This document shows positions 1 to 13,051 of a stretch of 64,000 nucleotides of DNA, piece by piece. The stretch's first letter is position 1. Every line of letters starts with the position of its first letter. The translations under genes and the position numbers were made by a program. The stretch spans positions 311,984,001-312,048,000 of the forward strand of contig OZ024742.1 of NCBI GenBank assembly GCA_964016885.1, written 5' to 3'. The notes beneath the pieces are model-generated. The model saw nothing but the letters and a program-made list of their open reading frames with translations. It had not been told where the DNA came from and did no database searches. Source of the stretch: Eledone cirrhosa. Lineage: Eukaryota.

Positions 1-599
1 AGGATTAGAGATAGTAAAGATATGCCTGGTTGGTTTTGTGTTTGCACTTAATTCACATACAGACTTAAATTTTTCTTTCAAGTGTACGTATCCGTTCGCC
101 CACACATACATATATGCGTATATATACTTATTTTTTTTAAAAACATACACATTCACACACATACATATATGTACACCTCTACAAATACATACACTCACAT
201 ACACATACTTACATGCTCATACCTACATACATATATACCTGCACATATATATATATATATACATATATATATGTACATGCATACGCATTCATGTATATAC
301 ACTTTCATACTCTACTTATCTTCATATACACACATATAGACACACACATATATACATACATACTCTTGTCCATGTGTATATATATATATATATATAAATA
401 CACATATACATGAATACACATACATTTAATTATACACATCAAACATATATATATATATACACTCACCCACTTATTTACTTATTTGTATACATTTTCACAT
501 ATATACATACATATGGTCGCTTTTAGACACATTCATTATAGCATATTCGCACCTATTCTCACCAGCATATTTATCCATTATTAGTGTGATAATTTATAA

Positions 600-1238
600 G
601 ACTGTCATACTCTACAGCGTTAAACCTTGAACAACACATAAAAAAGATTAATACTAGAAGGTTAAACGAAAACACTAAAAACTTAAGTACAAAGAGCACA
701 AAAAAAAACAGTAGACAATACACTACAGAACATAAATAAACCACACCTAAGTTCGTCCGCAATACTACTCCAGAGTGAACCTAACTACAAAACCAACGTA
801 CACAACTGTAACTGCACCTATTCTGACAACTGCCCCCTCGGCAATAACTGCCTTGAAAAAAATATCATCTATAAGTGTACCATTGAATCCGGAGGCAACG
901 AGTGGTATTACGTGGGATCAACGGCAACATCGTTTAAATCTCGATTATATAGTCATTCTTACTCAATAAAACACAAGAGCCAAAGAAATGTAACAACTTT
1001 AGCAGAAAAAGCTTGGACGCTCAGGGATAGCGATCAAAAGTTTACCCTAAAATGGGAGAAATTAGCTAAAACCCAAAGCTTTTCCAGAAGCCAAAATTTC
1101 TGCAAATTATGTAATCTTGAGATTTATTACATAATCACACACAAGAAGAAATTGCTTAACAACAGAATTGAACGAACATTATTCTGCCGTCACCAAACTA
1201 AAACCCTTTTTTCCCACTACAAGCTGAATATTACATAA
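600..1238 (+). pseudogene. PLE linker plus C-terminal GIY-YIG endonuclease fragment (CNC..CP..C linker, probably Nematis-type)
   Basis: Reads LSYSTALNLEQHIKKIN, a frameshift, then NCNCTYSDNCPLGNNCLEKNIIYKC..WYYVGSTATSFKSRLYSH..LKW..CKLCNLE..LLNNRIE..CRH-stop. Clade assignment is from remembered motifs. Confidence 0.8.
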
Positions 1239-1682
1239 ACGAGGGACATCCTCCCAACTATACAAATCCTCAATCTAGTTAGAAAAATATAAAAACAATC
1301 ACTTCTCAACATATATATGTACTATTAATAACCTTAAATTATCACACTAATAATGGATAAATATGCTGGTGAGAATAGGTGCGAATATGCTATAATGAAT
1401 GTGTCTAAAAACGACCATATGAATGTATATATGAGAAAATGTATATAAATAAGTAAATAAGTGGGTGAGTGTATATATATATATATATATGTTTGATATG
1501 TATAATTAAATGTATGTGTATTCATGTATATGTGTATTTATATATATATATATATATATATACACATGGACAAGAGTATGTATGTATATATGGGTGTGTC
1601 TATATGTGTGTATATGAAGATAAGTAGAGTATGAAAGTGTATATACATGAATGCGTATGCATGTACATATATATATGTATAT

Positions 1683-1745
<63 letters not shown>

Positions 1746-2195
1746 AGGTATATATGTATGTAGGTATGAGCATGTAAGTATGTGTATGTGAGTGTATGTA
1801 TTTGTAGAGGTGTACATATATGTATGTGTGTGAATGTGTATGTTTTTAAAAAAAATAAGTATATATACGCATATATTTATGTGTGGGCGAACGGATACGT
1901 ACACTTGAAAGAAAAATTTAAGTCTGTATGTGAATTAAGTGCAAACACAAAACTAACCATACATATCTATACTATCTCTAATCGTTCGATAGATTTAGAA
2001 AAACAACCAATACTACCAACGCCAAATAATGAATATTCTATAAAAAATGTCAAACTCAACTAACAAAATAACAGATGGGAATCTAATTACCCACTGCTAT
2101 CAAAAATTTCTATCCACTCCCTTAACTATTCTTCTAACAACTACACTCCTCCCTCTTAATATTCTCTATAAAAACCAAACAAGTTCTCAATGATA

Positions 2196-2316
2196 TTATT
2201 CTGATGAAATGGTAGTTGAAAATAACATTGAAATATTGAGTGTCTGCATAATTAATACTTTGTAGATAGCAGCTGTTTTCAAGTTATATAACTATTATTG
2301 AAACACGTGTCAATAA
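2196..2316 (+). ncRNA. Type I hammerhead ribozyme motif with ~92-nt stem II
   Basis: TTATT-CTGATGA(2201)-long hairpin-GAAAC-ACGT-GTC-AATAA; stem I TTATT/AATAA; palindromic stem III loop. Confidence 0.8.
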
Positions 2317-2459
2317 ATTCCTTTTACTGAACTGTATCCATTTAAATCCTTCTATTTTCTCCGGATTACTCTTGAAACTACAACTGGAACCGTCGAGCAA
2401 ACCCTACGTGAGCTGTCCATCTACTGTGTATAATATTCATATTACAACACTACGGGTAA

Positions 2460-2463
<4 letters not shown>

Positions 2464-2542
<79 letters not shown>
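2464..2542. repeat. (TA)n microsatellite between PLE-1 and PLE-2
   Basis: Perfect TA run. Confidence 0.95.
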
Positions 2543-2547
<5 letters not shown>

Positions 2548-3096
2548 AGTGTAATTTTCTACACAAAACGAAGGTTATAGAGAAAATTGAGGTTGGTAAT
2601 GGCACATATATAAGAGACAGAATACTTTTTTGTGAAAAAACATATAATTTTATAAGGTAAGGAAATAATAAAGGGTATAAAAAATGACCGGTTTCGATGG
2701 GTCTGCAAAAGCCATCTTTTCAAATGTTGATTAATATTAAGAAAAATTAATAATACGAAGAGTTAAAATTTGAGATTTGAAAATTCAAGTATAAAATTCA
2801 TTGTGGGATTTCATAGTAGTTTTCATCTAGGTAGCAACAACAGGTTGACTGCTGTGTCCCTTTCTGGTAGTGAATGAGAAGTTATTTGGGGTGTGGGTTA
2901 TTTTATAAAGGTCAGATTTAGCAATGGCCAACTGGCCAGCTGCTGGTCAGTGAGGGGGTGGAAGCAATATACATACATATATCTTCCTGTGGTGGGTAGG
3001 AGAGTGGAGCGTGATAGAAAGGGATTTAGTGCACTTACACCTATATATACACACATACCTTCATCCACACATACATACATATACATATACATACAC

Positions 3097-3135
<39 letters not shown>

Positions 3136-4790
3136 CACACATACACACACATACACACACACATACATATACATACACACATACACACACACATATATAC
3201 ACATACACACACACATATATATATATATATACACACACACACATATATATACATACACATACATCCAGATACACACATACATACACACACACACACACAT
3301 ATATATATACACATACACACACACATATATACACACACACATATACACATACATACACCCACACACAGAGAAATGGCCTCCAAATATATATATATATATA
3401 TACATACATACACATATATTTTTTCCATAATATAAGAAGTTGGGACAGTGAAATTAAAATACAAGTCATTCTGATCACATTGAGTTCTTCATGTAGATTG
3501 GGCCCCGCAACCGACAGTGGTGAATTCTGTATGCGCATATATATATAGATATATGTGTGTGCCCGTGCAGGGTTTAACATGGATGTGTTGGTCACACAAA
3601 GGCATGGTCTGTCAACGAATAAACCTGATTCTACAGAATTGGTCTCTGGTCTTTAATAGTAGTGATTCCGTGCGTATGTGTGTTTATATTTTATGACAAT
3701 TCTATTGGGGTGATAACCCGTTTAGTTTTGGTTTAAATTTGTTAAGGAATAGATTTTCTTTGTTTATTCTTTGTTGCTGTGTGAACGAATCTGAGCACTT
3801 GTAGAAGGGGATGATTTTGAAGTTGGGTAGTGTCATTCCTGCGCAGTTCGCGATATGGCTGCTCAAGGGGATTTTTCTTGTGTTAGCATCCCGGATTTGT
3901 TGGCGGTGGATGGTCATTCTTTTGCGTAATGAGGTGCCCGTCTGTCCTATGTAGTTGTGTTTGCACCCACCGCAAGTTATTACGTAAATCAAGTTCTCCG
4001 AGTTGCAGGTGAAATTGTTTTTTACTGTAAATGTTTGGCCATCTTTGAATGTAAATGTTTGTCCTTCAGTGAGGTAGAGGCACGTTCCACAGTTTGTTCT
4101 ACCACATTTGGTAACTGTAGGGTTGAGGATTGGTTTGGGTATATTTGGTCCAGTGAGAATGCGTTTAAGTGATTTGGGTTGTCTTTTACTTTTAAGGATC
4201 TTGTGTGTTTCAAGAATAGACTTCATTTTTACATCTTTAAGTAGGATGGGGAGGTTTTTGTGTAGGTGATCAAACATTTCGGTATTTCTGGGGTTGAAAG
4301 TGGATACATATGGCAGGGTGTTGAGTGTGGTTTTCTGTTTTGGATTGTTAAGTTGATGGGGATTTAGGTGTTTTGCCCTGTCTATTCCATTGTTGATTAT
4401 TTCAAGTGGAAAGGCTCTTAAGATAAGGGTGTCTTTTAGTTCCTTTAGTCTTTGCTCCCGTTTAGGTGGATCTGATACTATGGTACATATACGTTTGGCC
4501 AAATTGTAAGGAATGTTAAGTTTTGTATGTTTTGGGTGACTTGATGTGAAAAAGAGGTATTGCTTGGAATCTGTGGGTTTATAGAATATATCTGTATCTA
4601 ATTTCCCGTCTATTACAGAGATGAGAATATCCAAGAAGGCTAATTCCTTAGGATTGGATTCCATTGTGAATTGTATGTTATTATCTATGTTGTTTATCAT
4701 GTTTTTAAACGTAGTAAGTGAGTTCATGTCTTCTTGCCATAGGATAAAGCAGTCGTCTAGATATCTTTTCCAATTGGCTTTGAGGTGTGA
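2543..4790 (-). mobile_element. Inverted 5'-truncated copy of Neptune-type PLE-2
   Basis: Reverse complement of ~7485-9775 plus the extended pseudo-LTR end; encodes the RT C-terminal part and GIY-YIG. Confidence 0.95.
3702..4790 (-). pseudogene. PLE-2 RT (from the YLDD motif) + thumb + GIY-YIG, truncated copy
   Basis: WKRYLDDCFILW, FLDI, DIFYKPTD..YL..SSHP, CGRTNCGTC, NLIYVITCGGC..YIGQT, R..H. Confidence 0.92.
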
Positions 4791-4851
4791 ATTTTCAAAT
4801 CTCAAATTTTAACTCTTCGTATTATTAATTTTTCTTAATATTAATCAACAT

Positions 4852-4889
4852 TTGAAAAGATGGCTTTTGCAGACCCATCGAAACCGGTC
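4852..4889 (+). ncRNA. Hammerhead-like motif, U3-A8 core variant, in the PLE-2 pseudo-LTR (also 9627-9664 + and 2686-2723 -)
   Basis: TTGAAAA-GATGG..CCATC-GAAAC-CG-GTC; stem I is weak. Confidence 0.6.
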
Positions 4890-5060
4890 ATTTTTTATAC
4901 CCTTTATTATTTCCTTACCTTATAAAATTATATGTTTTTTCACAAAAAAGTATTCTGTCTCTTATATATGTGCCATTACCAACCTCAATTTTCTCTATAA
5001 CCTTCGTTTTGTGTAGAAAATTACACTTTTCATATATACCAACCTACGCAAATCCGGAAA

Positions 5061-6325
5061 ATGGCACTGGAACAAGACAACACAACTTCAAACTCCAATA
5101 TAAATGAGGAAATCCTGAAAATCCTAAAAGAGATAAATGGAAAACTCACCATTCTGACAAAAAAACAGGATATACCCCAAACCACCACACCGACTGACAA
5201 CCAAATTTATTTAAACGTTCAAAACGTATGCAACTCCATCGAAAAAACTTATGAATACCAACACAGAACAAACGACATTGCTCCATATCAAAAACCAATG
5301 GGACACCTCTGGAAAAAACATCTAAAAACCAGAAAATTCACTTTCTGGAATATGATAAAAAACCTCAACAAAGCTGGAATTTATCAAAAATGGATTAACT
5401 CAACACCGATAGTTTTACCACGTAAATTCCAAATAAAGCATATTACAAACGAACCTGAACCAGAAAGAAAATTCCGTGAACAAATGTCACTCAACAGGAT
5501 AAACATGGAAATAGAACTCCTAAAATTAAGGGCCACCTCAAACGAGCAAGAGTATAAGGATACTGATAAAAATATGGAGGAAGAATGCACTAAAAAGGCC
5601 GAGGAAACAACCCTACAAAATGTAATCAAATCGTGGAAACAGGACTGCGAGAATGCAGAAATTATTTCCCTTAAACGGTGGGAAAAATCCGAAAACTGGT
5701 TCCTCAAATATGAAGAAGACTTTAAAAGGACGCACAAACAGGTAACCCCTTTATAAAGCATTTGAACATAACAAGAACTACAACAGACACATTTACACCA
5801 CCAAACCCAACACACACTAACCACAGGCACATCCCCACCAACACAACCCAAATACGGCCAACTACACCAAAAGAAACACACCCAACCACCACAACACAGG
5901 TTTCCGTAGAAATGCCCCCTACATAAACCAACGACGAAATAACATAGATCCAACTCACAACACACACACCACATTCCTCAGAAGAAATCCACCCAGACCA
6001 CTTGAAATCACAACAGAACTTACCCACAACCACACCAGACATCACCCTCAATCCAACAAAAGACAACCCCCCAACCTCAACACTCTGTACCACAGAAATA
6101 ACGCACCCAGACCACATGAACCAACAACAGAACCCTTGCTCATCAACAACCACAACACATACCACCCCCCACCATCACATTCACCCTCATGAAACAACAA
6201 GCTACAGACCCACACGCAACAGACCAACAAAATATAATCACACACAAAACTACATTCCTTTTTTAGGGAAAAGCCTGAAATACCAGGATACTCGATGGCC
6301 CCCCCTCAGGAGAAACCAAAAATAA
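5061..6325 (+). pseudogene. PLE-2 upstream ORF (charged/helical N half, Thr/Pro-rich C half), disrupted
   Basis: 231-aa ORF 5061-5756; after one frameshift near 5745 a single frame runs to 6325 with two in-frame stops (TAA, TAG). Confidence 0.65.
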
Positions 6326-8571
6326 TCAACCTCTCAAAGACACCTCTAACCAACACACAAATCAACATTTTAAGTAAGGGCCTGAAATTTACACCTACAC
6401 CACGTAAACCAAACTTCCCCGAAATGAAGGATGACATCATGGAATACTGCCGAAAGCTGCGACTAACGGAATTCTTCCACAACGACACCAACACTGAAGA
6501 CGAATCACTGGTTAGAAATAAAAGCAATTTCTGCCCACAAAAGGGAAGAAATAAAGCACTGGACACGTACTGCGAACACATCACCAACTTTCCCTATGAA
6601 AAAATTACAAATAAACACACGAAATCAAACCTATCTACACACGAATGGGAAGAATTATTCACACTTAGAAACAACCCTGAGATAACTATCAAAGAAGCCG
6701 ATAAAGGCAGTACTGTTGTCATTATGAATACGGACTACTATAGGACCCTCGCACTTAACATTTTAGAAAACAACACATACTATGAAAAAACAGAAAACTA
6801 CAAACACACCAAAACAATGGGGAACCTTTTGACCTTACTGAATAAATACCGCAACAGCTTAACCACAAAAGAGTTTAACTATAAAAGCCACTTCAAATGC
6901 AATACAAGCTCTTTTTACGGCTTACCGAAACTCCACAAATGTAAACCCATAAACGATGCATGTGACACCTCAACCAACAATTACATTGAACTAACACCAC
7001 CAGAAGACCTAAAACTCAGGCCAATTATAGCAGGCCCTACATGTGAAACCCACAGACTTAGCAACTTTCTGGACATCCTACTGAAACCCTTTCTACAACA
7101 TATACAGAGCTACATACGAGATGACCTTGACATGCTGAAATACCTCCCTAAAACAGTAAGTGCAAATACAATTCTTGTCTCCTTTGACGTAATAAACCTC
7201 TACACAAACATACCTCACAACTATGGAATAACAGCAGTCCAATACTGGCTTAACACACACCCATCAGAAATACCGACACGCATCAACACAGATTTTATCA
7301 CTGACGGACTCCGCTTTATCCTACAAAATAACTACTTCACATTCAATGGTTCAACATACAGACAAGTATCAGGTACGGCAATGGGCACGAAAGTAGCACC
7401 CACATATGCCAACCTAGTCATGGGATTCCATGAACAACAAATATACAGTCAGTCCCTTCTCTTATTTGGAGACTCTTTCCACACACACCTCAAAGCCAAT
7501 TGGAAAAGATATCTAGACGACTGCTTTATCCTATGACAAGAAGACATGAACTCACTTACTACGTTTAAAAACATGATAAACAACATAGATAATAACATAC
7601 AATTCACAATGGAATCCAATCCTAAGGAATTAGACTTCTTGGATATTCTCATCTCTGTAATAGACGGGAAATTAGATACAGATATATTCTATAAACCCAC
7701 AGATTCCAAGCAATACCTCTTTTTCACATCAAGTCACCCAAAACATACAAAACTTAACATTCCTTACAATTTGGCCAAACGTATATGTACCATAGTATCA
7801 GATCCACCTAAACGGGAGCAAAGACTAAAGGAACTAAAAGACACCCTTATTTTAAGAGCCTTTCCACTTGAAATAATCAACAATGGAATAGACAGGGCAA
7901 AACACCTAAATCCCCATCAACTTAACAATCCAAAACAGAAAACCACACTCAACACCCTGCCATATGTATCCACTTTCAACCCCAGAAATACCGAAATGTT
8001 TGATCACCTACACAAAAACCTCCCCATCCTACTTAAAGATGTAAAAATGAAGTCTATTCTTGAAACACACAAGATCCTTAAAAGTAAAAGACAACCCAAA
8101 TCACTTAAACGCATTCTCACTGGACCAAATATACCCAAACCAATCCTCAACCCTACAGTTACCAAATGTGGTAGAACAAACTGTGGAACGTACCTCTACC
8201 TCACTGAAGGACAAACATTTACATTCAAAGATGGCCAAACATTTACAGTAAAAAACAATTTCACCTGCAACTCGGAGAACTTGATTTACGCAATAACTTG
8301 CGGTGGGTGCAAACACAACTACATAGGACAGACGGGCACCTCATTACGCAAAAGAATGACCATCCACCGCCAACAAATCCGGGACGCTAACACAAGAAAA
8401 ATCCCCTTGAGCAGCCATATTGCGAACTGCGCAGGAATGACACTACCCAACTTCAAAATCTTCCCCTTCTACAAGTGCTCAGATTCGTTCACACAGCAAC
8501 AAAGAATAAACAAAGAAAATCTATTCCTTAACAAATTTAAACCAAAACTAAACGGGTTATCACCCCAATAG
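6295..8571 (+). pseudogene. PLE-2 reverse transcriptase + GIY-YIG endonuclease with one nonsense codon at 7534-7536
   Basis: IINLS, LSKGLKFTP, ADKG, FYGLPKLHK, RPII, SFDVINLYTNIP, QVSGTAMGT, YLDD, YIGQT; TGA here corresponds to TGG in the inverted copy. Confidence 0.95.
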
Positions 8572-8978
8572 AATTGTCATAAAATATAAACACACATACG
8601 CACGGAATCACTACTATTAAAGACCAGAGACCAATTCTGTAGAATCAGGTTTATTCGTTGACAGACCATGCCTTTGTGTGACCAACACATCCATGTTAAA
8701 CCCTGCACGGGCACACACATATATCTATATATATATGCGCATACAGAATTCACCACTGTCGGTTGCGGGGCCCAATCTACATGAAGAACTCAATGTGATC
8801 AGAATGACTTGTATTTTAATTTCACTGTCCCAACTTCTTATATTATGGAAAAAATATATGTGTATGTATGTATATATATATATATATATTTGGAGGCCAT
8901 TTCTCTGTGTGTGGGTGTATGTATGTGTATATGTGTGTGTGTGTGTGTGTATGTGTGTGCATGTGGATGTATGTATTG

Positions 8979-9009
<31 letters not shown>

Positions 9010-9034
9010 GTGTATCTGGATGTATGCGTATGTG

Positions 9035-9067
<33 letters not shown>

Positions 9068-9186
9068 ATATATGTGTGTGTGTATGTGTATATATATATG
9101 TGTGTGTGTGTGTATATGTGTATATATGTGTGTGTGTGTATGTGTGTATGTATATGTATGTGTGTGTGTATGTGTGTGTATGTGTG

Positions 9187-9257
<71 letters not shown>

Positions 9258-9771
9258 GTGTATGTATATATGTATGTATGTGTGGATGAAGGTATGTGTG
9301 TATATATAGGTGTAAGTGCACTAAATCCCTTTCTATCACGCTCCACTCTCCTACCCACCACAGGAAGATATATGTGTGTATATTGCTTCCACCCCCTCAC
9401 TGACCAGCAGCTGGCCAGTTGGCCATTGCTAAATCTGACCTTTATAAAATAACCCACACCCCAAATAACTTCTCATTCACTACCAGAAAGGGACACAGCA
9501 GTCAACCTGTTGTTGCTACCTAGATGAAAACTACTATGAAATCCCACAATGAATTTTATACTTGAATTTTCAAATCTCAAATTTTAACTCTTCGTATTAT
9601 TAATTTTTCTTAATATTAATCAACATTTGAAAAGATGGCTTTTGCAGACCCATCGAAACCGGTCATTTTTTATACCCTTTATTATTTCCTTACCTTATAA
9701 AATTATATGTTTTTTCACAAAAAAGTATTCTGTCTCTTATATATTCCATGTGCCATTACCAACCTCAATTT

Positions 9772-9808
<37 letters not shown>

Positions 9809-10134
9809 GGGATAACAAGTTATCGTTATAGGTAATCCAGTTAGGGTACTCCGGGTGGTGGATAGTTTTAACGTACGGCTTTGTTTGACTCAACAAGATG
9901 CTTCCATAGCTATGTAGCGTGTTCGCGGTAATTACTATGCAGGTTATACTTGGAGTAATAATATTTAAGTAACATGGTAGGCTGTACAATAAGGGTTTTA
10001 TTTAAAATACTGACAATTGTTTCGTTGATCAGATGTGTCTAGAGTTCGCTAATCACTTGGTGCTGTGTCAATCGATCTCCAATACATTGTACAACAACAT
10101 GTGTACTCGCCTCTACCACACTAATTCGGACTGC

Positions 10135-10168
10135 CTGAAGAGGTCACAGCCAAAGATGGCTGTCACCG

Positions 10169-10171
<3 letters not shown>
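10135..10171 (+). ncRNA. Partial hammerhead motif abutting (TA)n
   Basis: CTGAAGA-GGTCACAGCCA-AAGA-TGGCTGTCACC-GAAA, then the TA tract; the 3' strand of stem I is missing. Confidence 0.55.
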
Positions 10172-10223
<52 letters not shown>

Positions 10224-10470
10224 GAGAGAGAGAGAGAGAGCTCCGGCATTCGTGGTCCCGGTTTTCGCGGAATTCTCTTTAGAACCTAACTAATAATTGT
10301 TCGTGAAAAAACCCGCATATTCGCGGAATCGTAAATATCTTCCGCGATTTTTTATGGCTTTCTTAACGCTAAATTATTTATAACAATATACCGTATTTGC
10401 TGGCCTATTGGGCGCATTTTCGCATAAGACGCTTCCTCTTTTTTTATTATATTTTACGTTGTATTTTGAC

Positions 10471-10541
<71 letters not shown>

Positions 10542-10670
10542 GAGGTTATATTTAATTTGTTGGGATACAACAAGCAAAATATTTTTATAACTATCCAGGA
10601 GATTCCAACCAGAATGGTTGCATTTTTTAAGGGTATGTCAATATTTATTTATAAAACGAACCTATATTAT

Positions 10671-10734
10671 ATTTTATCTGATGAAAGCGCACCATAGTTT
10701 TCTCTGGTGGCCCTTGAAATATGTATAATGAAAT
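10671..10734 (+). ncRNA. Type I hammerhead ribozyme motif in a short TA-flanked segment
   Basis: ATTTTAT-CTGATGA-AAG..ACCA..TGGT..CTT-GAAAT-ATGT-ATA-ATGAAAT; 7-bp stem I. Confidence 0.7.
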
Positions 10735-11469
10735 AAATATGGTTTTATAAATATAGTTTCCATTTGTTAATATATATATATATATGGGGGGGGGGGGGTT
10801 AAATGGTCTGTATTGGTATTGTCAAATTTAATGTTTATGACATTTATAATTCTCAATGTTATTATACCACCTATTGTGTAAATAAATGTTTGTCACATTG
10901 TTTGATATTGCTTGTGTGCATACTTCCCAGTGCTCATATATGTTAATCTTTATTAAATTTCAGATGTTTGAGAAATAACACACCTAGATAAGATTAGTGG
11001 AATGCCGGGATGTTAATAAAAGCACTGGACTGTGAAGAACAATAGCACTGGGTTACAACTATTTTGTCACGTGTGTTTTGATGGGTGTTTTAATTGTATT
11101 TTAGGAAAGGTATGAAATGCGACGTCATAGTATGAGAATAATCCTCTAGGGTCAATAAAGTTTCTACCCAACACAAACCCAGAGTATCCTCATTGCTAAA
11201 TAACTAATGCCCTCTCCAAACTATAATATTTTCTCCTGCCCTATAGGCATATGCTGAGTGTTGGTCCTTTCATCTGACCAATACTCGCCACTTTCACATT
11301 CCTTTCTGCAAATTCACAGGAAAAAATCTTTCTTTCTCCGTTTCTCTCACTCTCAATCTCCCTCTCTCCCCCCTCTCTCTTGTCTGGTCACAGTTCTTTT
11401 AACCATTTACTAAAAAGCATCATTCACCGTAGCTAACAGACAGAGGTAGACAATAGAAAACCGACTCTC

Positions 11470-12560
11470 TGAAGAAAGGTTTTGTTGCTTTTTGTGCGTT
11501 TTGAACAGACCCAGTTGACGGCGGTACAGTACGTGTAAAGTTTATCCTGAACCGGTAATGACCCATTCCCGTATCACTGCAAGAACATGGATTTCTGGAA
11601 GTTGTCCGTAGCCACCGTATTGAAAGTCCTTTGGAATAATATGTTTAACAGATCTTCGTTAACATCTTGAGTTTCCCCACTAAAATGTGTCTCTCTTGTC
11701 CACCACCAGCTCTCTGTAAGGATTAACATACCACTGTCTGGTAGAGGACTGTGAGTGCCTGATTTCTCTGATGCCGAGCGTCTTGGCTTGACTCGGAGCT
11801 CAGCTCCGTCAAAGAAACGAGTAGAAGGAAATGCACCTCCAAACGGTGACTACCCACCGTCCAGCAACCTCTGCAGATGCAGACTCAGTCACGTCATATC
11901 GATCACTCGAATCCTCCACGCAGGGTAAATTGGCAGTAAGTGTAACTTTTGACCATGAGAAGTGAAAGAGCAGATACTCCAATCTGATCAAACGTAAACT
12001 GGGGTATAGTTGTTTCCGGGTTATTTCCCTTTGTCAAGATCGTGTATCTTCCAAGTCGACTCGACTCTACGTCACATGTTATGTGGAGAAGAGGTAGAGG
12101 AGGTGACTTACTTTGTCTAGCCAAATAGATAATCCAATCTCTTGTTCGTTGGCCTTGAAAAGTCCACCCAAAATTCTTTTGTCCACGATTTATTAAAAAA
12201 TGTTCCCACATCATGTGAGAATTTTCCCCTTAAGACCCACTTGACTTCCTGTTGTATTTTACACCAGATATATATATATATATATTTTTCGTTTGGCGTC
12301 TTATGGACGATTTCCTCAAATTCTTCTTTTTGTGTATATTTTCCTTTTGTATCTTCCATAAACTCACTCCTTTTCTTTAGGAATTGTTGTTGGCTTGGTT
12401 GTTGATGTTATTGCTGTTCTTATATTTTTCCATTATTGTTTTTGTTGTGGTAGTTGTTATTGTTTGTGGATTCTCGGGTTCTTCGCATTCTGGTTGTTGC
12501 TTTTGTCGTCGTCGTCGTCGTCGTCGTCTATGTTCATGTTGTTATTGTGGTAAGCTGCTG
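11470..12560 (-). mobile_element. Old, internally deleted Tx1/L1-clade relic
   Basis: Minus strand 11720-11470 translates YRELVVDKRD..GETQDVNEDLLNILFQRTF..DNFQKSMFLQ*..LPVQDKLY..VC, homologous to the ORF2 C-terminus of the intact copies; the upstream part is only weakly ORF1-like (INRGQK). Confidence 0.65.
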
Positions 12561-12896
12561 GTTGGTGAGCCTTTGACGTGAGTCCTATATTCTAGGCTTT
12601 GAGAGCTGTACGGCCAATGACATTGGTCGACTTCGTCTTCGATCCCTTAACCCGTTATTCATGTGAATACTCGTTGGCACCAGCCTCAGAGTTGGTAAGA
12701 CAGGGTAGGCGCATATCCATGTATGAGCATTATGTGTGAGTGTCTGTGGGTGTAAGCGTGTATATGTATGAGTGTAGATATGTGTGTAATTGTGTGAATG
12801 TTGTCTGTGTAAGTGTTGTTATCTTATTTTAATTTTATTGTGGAGCGGGCTCTATCGACGCCCTTTTTCTCAGTGATATTATGTTGGTGTATTGTT

Positions 12897-13051
12897 GGCG
12901 TATTGGCAGAATCGTTAGAATGTCACATAGAATGCTTTGCTGTATTCGTTTCGGTTCTCTGTTCATTAAGTTCAAATCTAGCCGAGGTCAACTTTGTCTT
13001 TCATCCATTCGAGGTCGATAAAAAGGTAACAGAGAAGTACTGGAGTCGATT
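12897..13051 (+). mobile_element. tRNA-derived SINE family 1, degenerate
   Basis: TGGCAGAATCG box A-like, GTTCAAATC box B, CTTTCATCC..GGTCGATAAAA core. Confidence 0.75.

Larger units (their letters stand above)
1..2463 (+). mobile_element. Penelope-like element (PLE-1) 3' fragment preceded by an inverted copy of its own 3' region
   Basis: GIY-YIG-coding segment at 600-1238; arms ~4-595 and ~1336-1982 are reverse complements; hammerhead motif at 2196-2316; ends at (TA)n. The left arm probably continues beyond the window. Confidence 0.85.
4789..9775 (+). mobile_element. Near full-length Neptune-type PLE-2 with pseudo-LTRs (~4789-5037 and ~9564-9775)
   Basis: Direct repeat of the terminal ~210 bp on both sides, upstream ORF, RT+GIY-YIG ORF, microsatellite-rich 3' UTR, (TA)n on the right. 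Confidence 0.95.

Noticed and set aside
38-3595. Many YIYI, HTHT and VCVC ORFs (also at 8.7-9.4, 16, 20-21, 44 and 46-47 kb)
   Set aside because: Translations of TA/CA/TG microsatellites, not genes.
7534-7536. In-frame TGA in PLE RT as selenocysteine or readthrough, as in some Naiad PLEs
   Set aside because: The inverted copy has TGG (Trp) at this site, so it is a simple nonsense mutation or error.
10240-10450. CpG-rich segment with TTCGCGG repeats and TACCGTATTT resembling pogo/mariner ends
   Set aside because: No matching second TIR found; too fragmentary to call.
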